From positions 1 through 41,381 of the forward strand of contig CBDUVK010000001.1 of NCBI GenBank assembly GCA_965370645.1: DNA of 41,381 bases, written 5' to 3'. Both the position numbers and the translations under genes were made by a program. The DNA comes from an uncultured bacterium. Its GTDB lineage: Bacteria > Calditrichota > Calditrichia > RBG-13-44-9. The notes beneath the pieces were generated by a model, which was not told where the DNA came from, did not search any database, and saw only the letters and a program-made list of their open reading frames with translations. Positions 38,969-41,381 of the stretch are shown here, piece by piece (the stretch's first letter is position 1; the number at the start of each line of letters is the position of its first letter).

Positions 38969-40162
38969 ATGAGTGAAGTTGAAACTCTCAGTATTTTACT
39001 GGATGAGAAGTTAGAAAATAGTGCCAAGATGAAAGTTATCGGCATTGGCGGTGCCGGAGGGAATGCCCTTAATACCATGGTGGAAACCGGGATGCAGGGC
39101 GTGGATTTTATATCAGTAAATACCGATTCCCAGGCACTGGAACAAAATAAAGCCAGTGTTAAAGTGCAAATTGGTAAAAAACTGACCCAGGGCCTGGGCG
39201 CTGGCGCAAATCCCGAGATTGGGAGAAGGGCTATGGAAGAGGATCATGAGGAGGTGATGGATGTTCTTCAGGGTGCTGACATGGTTTTTGTTACTGCCGG
39301 AATGGGTGGAGGCACCGGCACGGGTGCAGCCCCGATTATTGCAGAGATTGCGAAAGACCTTGGTGCCTTAACAGTGGGCATCGTAACCAAACCTTTTCAT
39401 TTTGAGGGCATTAAGCGTATGCAGCGAGCTGAGCAGGGCATCGAAGAATTGCGCCGCAATGTGGATACGCTTATTGTCATACCCAATCAGCGACTGTTTG
39501 CAGTGGTGGATAAAGCTACCCCTCTGCTGGCAGCATTCAAAATAGCCGATGAGGTACTGTTACATGCCACCAAGGGGATTTCCGACCTGATTGCCATACC
39601 CGGCTTAATCAACCTGGATTTCGCCGATGTGCGTACCGTCATGTCTGAAATGGGTCATGCTTTGATGGGAACCGGTTTTGCCAGCGGTGAGGGTAAGGCA
39701 GTCCAGGCAGCCCAGCAGGCCATAAGTAGTCCGTTACTGGAAGGTGTCTCCATCCGGGGCGCTCAGGGTGTTCTGGTGAATATCACCGGCGGATCGCAGA
39801 TGACTCTTCATGAAATCAGCGAAGCCACTACCATTATTTATGAAGAAGCCGGGGATAAAGCCAATATCATATTCGGAGCGGTCATTGACGATGATTTGCA
39901 GGATTCGCTCTTTGTCACTGTTATTGCCACCGGTTTCGATGTGGATGCCCGGATTCAAAATAGTATAGACCAGGTCCGGGGAAATGAGAAGCCGGTGAAC
40001 CGGGAACTGCCTGCGTTTATGAGGGAGGATGAGGAAAAGAAGAAGGTGAATCCACCCATCAAACTGCCGGAACAAAAAGAACACAATAAAAAAGAAATAG
40101 ATATGAAACTACCGCTGGATGATCTCGATATTCCCGCCTTTCTCCGCAAGCAGATAGATTAG
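38969..40162 (+). CDS. ftsZ: Cell division protein FtsZ
   Basis: GIGGAGGNA and the tubulin signature [10 protein letters not shown], with the C-terminal peptide [21 protein letters not shown] lies upstream of the ATG at 38969. Confidence 0.95.
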   Translation: MSEVETLSILLDEKLENSAKMKVIGIGGAGGNALNTMVETGMQGVDFISVNTDSQALEQNKASVKVQIGKKLTQGLGAGANPEIGRRAMEEDHEEVMDVLQGADMVFVTAGMGGGTGTGAAPIIAEIAKDLGALTVGIVTKPFHFEGIKRMQRAEQGIEELRRNVDTLIVIPNQRLFAVVDKATPLLAAFKIADEVLLHATKGISDLIAIPGLINLDFADVRTVMSEMGHALMGTGFASGEGKAVQAAQQAISSPLLEGVSIRGAQGVLVNITGGSQMTLHEISEATTIIYEEAGDKANIIFGAVIDDDLQDSLFVTVIATGFDVDARIQNSIDQVRGNEKPVNRELPAFMREDEEKKKVNPPIKLPEQKEHNKKEIDMKLPLDDLDIPAFLRKQID

Positions 40163-40170
40163 CCCCTCCA

Positions 40171-40210
40171 ATAAACCGGTTGTCGGATTACGGTCCGGCA
40201 GCCGGTTTAT
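40171..40210 (+). terminator. Probable intrinsic terminator after ftsZ
   Basis: 17-bp stem (40171-40187 / 40194-40210, including 2 G-U pairs), 6-nt loop TTACGG, followed by CAATTTTA. It lies between the convergent ftsZ and the minus-strand gene. Confidence 0.55.
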
Positions 40211-40331
40211 CAATTTTAGTTCTTTCCCAATAATTTGTCACATTCAAACTGTGGACCAGCACTGTTGCTCGTTTTTTTATTAAGGTGATGAGTTGATTTG
40301 ATTTTCTATTCTTAGCATTTTACTCCCACAA

Positions 40332-41381
40332 TTATCTCCTGGTTGCTTGCAAAATGATAGCATCTGGATTTAAACCTCCCACCGCTACCATAATATTTTC
40401 ATTGTAGTCGCAGGAATAATAGAGTGATGCTGGGAAATCAAAGAAAGTCTTCCAACTAATTCCATTAAAATGGGTTACGATTCCAAAATCTCCCACCACG
40501 AAAATGTCATTGATGTCCTGTCCCCGTATGCGATTTGTAAACATCAAGGGAACCTCAGTAAATTCATTCCATTTCGAATTTTTGTAATGAAAAATGCCTG
40601 CCCCACATACCCATATTTGTCTAGGATCTCTGAACCAGACCGAGTGAATTCTGCGGTTTTGGAAAGGCCATAGCATTTCTTTTACCTCATGTGAATCGTT
40701 ATTAATATGAAGCAACTTTTTTTCACCTAAATCATATTTCTTTGATGCTGGAGCCAATGTCAGATTTTGTTTAGAAACTGAACTACTTACTCCCCAGATA
40801 TCCTGTATGGGCAAGTCTGTCCCGCTCTCAATCCTCTGCCAGATGCTGCCATCGTAGTGAACAATGGTTCCAGAACCTCCTACTATAAATATATTATTTG
40901 AATCTGTGCCCCATATTTTTTTAATTGACCCCGCAAGTAATGCATTCATATTACAATCGTTGAAAAAGCTATTGCCATTATAATGAACAAGACTTCCGCC
41001 TCTGGCAAACCATATATCATTTTTCGAAAAAGCAAATATTGATCTTATTGGAGGAAATTCAACTGCACTACACCAGCCAGTGAAGGGTATCCTCTTTAAC
41101 TCCCACTGTTGCCCATCCCAATGAACCGCATTATAAATTAGCCATGGCTCTGTACTATCCGCATAAATCTCTCCCACTGCCCAGATATCATTTTCATTGA
41201 TGATCGCCACATCATTTAGCATTCCACTACCAAAAGGGCTCTCAATTGTAAAAATCTCCCACTGAAAATCGTGGCTAGTGGTATCCATGGTTGTTAAGGT
41301 TATTTCATTACTTTTTGAAGATTGCCTGGCGTTATAAAAAAGTGCTGCCTGATAGGTATATGTATGAGCTGGAAGAAGGGT
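40332..41381 (-). CDS. Beta-propeller repeat protein of unknown function (5' partial; continues beyond the window)
   Basis: 6-7 repeats of a blade-like motif (D/N-I-W/F-x-V/A-G-x-x-G-x-I/V-x-H-Y/F-x-G-x-x-W). The frame stays open upstream of the track ATG at 41288, all the way to the window edge (...HTYTYQAALFYNARQSSKSNEITLTTMDTT...), so the real start is probably outside the window. Confidence 0.6.
   Translation of the reverse strand, partial: TLLPAHTYTYQAALFYNARQSSKSNEITLTTMDTTSHDFQWEIFTIESPFGSGMLNDVAIINENDIWAVGEIYADSTEPWLIYNAVHWDGQQWELKRIPFTGWCSAVEFPPIRSIFAFSKNDIWFARGGSLVHYNGNSFFNDCNMNALLAGSIKKIWGTDSNNIFIVGGSGTIVHYDGSIWQRIESGTDLPIQDIWGVSSSVSKQNLTLAPASKKYDLGEKKLLHINNDSHEVKEMLWPFQNRRIHSVWFRDPRQIWVCGAGIFHYKNSKWNEFTEVPLMFTNRIRGQDINDIFVVGDFGIVTHFNGISWKTFFDFPASLYYSCDYNENIMVAVGGLNPDAIILQATRR

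Noticed and set aside
1095-40149. Numerous 60-150 aa ORFs antisense to or out of frame with the called genes (for example 1095..1277, 2403..2735, 8336..8773, 11279..11545, 14549..14761, 16841..17041, 36139..36558, 37952..38398, 39734..40084)
   Set aside because: Each lies wholly or largely inside a gene with strong family motifs. Their translations are low-complexity or Arg/Ser/Pro-rich shadow frames with no motifs.
1-41381. Searched for CRISPR repeats, IS or transposase and integrase genes, toxin-antitoxin pairs, defence genes, rRNA or tRNA genes, and genes split by an in-frame TGA (selenoproteins)
   Set aside because: None found. All long ORFs are accounted for by housekeeping families. 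Apart from the elements reported above, I found no further repeats, arrays or RNA-gene signatures in the intergenic regions.

Overview
This window reads as a core housekeeping segment of an AT-rich bacterial chromosome that uses GGAGG-type Shine-Dalgarno sites. I see no defence island, CRISPR array, transposase, integrase or prophage. Genes run in three blocks. (1) A minus-strand operon, about 246-6232: acyl-CoA synthetase, a DUF4416-like protein, purM, a GalT-like HIT enzyme and a eukaryote-type UDP-sugar pyrophosphorylase. (2) A plus-strand block, 6632-14511: 7TM-HD phosphohydrolase, ybeY, a CNNM/CBS/CorC transporter, then the selenocysteine genes selA and selB. Next come minus-strand queG, a small 2x[4Fe-4S] ferredoxin, a GDPD and an MBL hydrolase, followed by plus-strand SPOR protein, yebC, ruvC, ruvA, ruvB and queA. 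(3) A complete, tightly packed dcw cluster, 22801-40162: mraZ-rsmH-ftsL-ftsI-murE-murF-mraY-murD-ftsW-murG-murC-murB-ftsQ-ftsA-ftsZ, followed by a convergent partial beta-propeller gene. I cannot point to a clear novel multi-gene system. The least explained signals are non-coding. One is an 85-nt GC-rich nested palindrome with competing pairings in an unusually long selA-selB spacer. The other is a pair of inverted octamer-repeat arrays, plus a 34-codon ORF, in an unusually long ftsA-ftsZ spacer. Lower-interest items: a ferredoxin just upstream of queG, a UGPase/GalT-like pair, MraZ-box-like repeats, PASTA domains on FtsI, and the absence of ddl from the dcw cluster. All calls come from reading the translations and the sequence; no searches were run.
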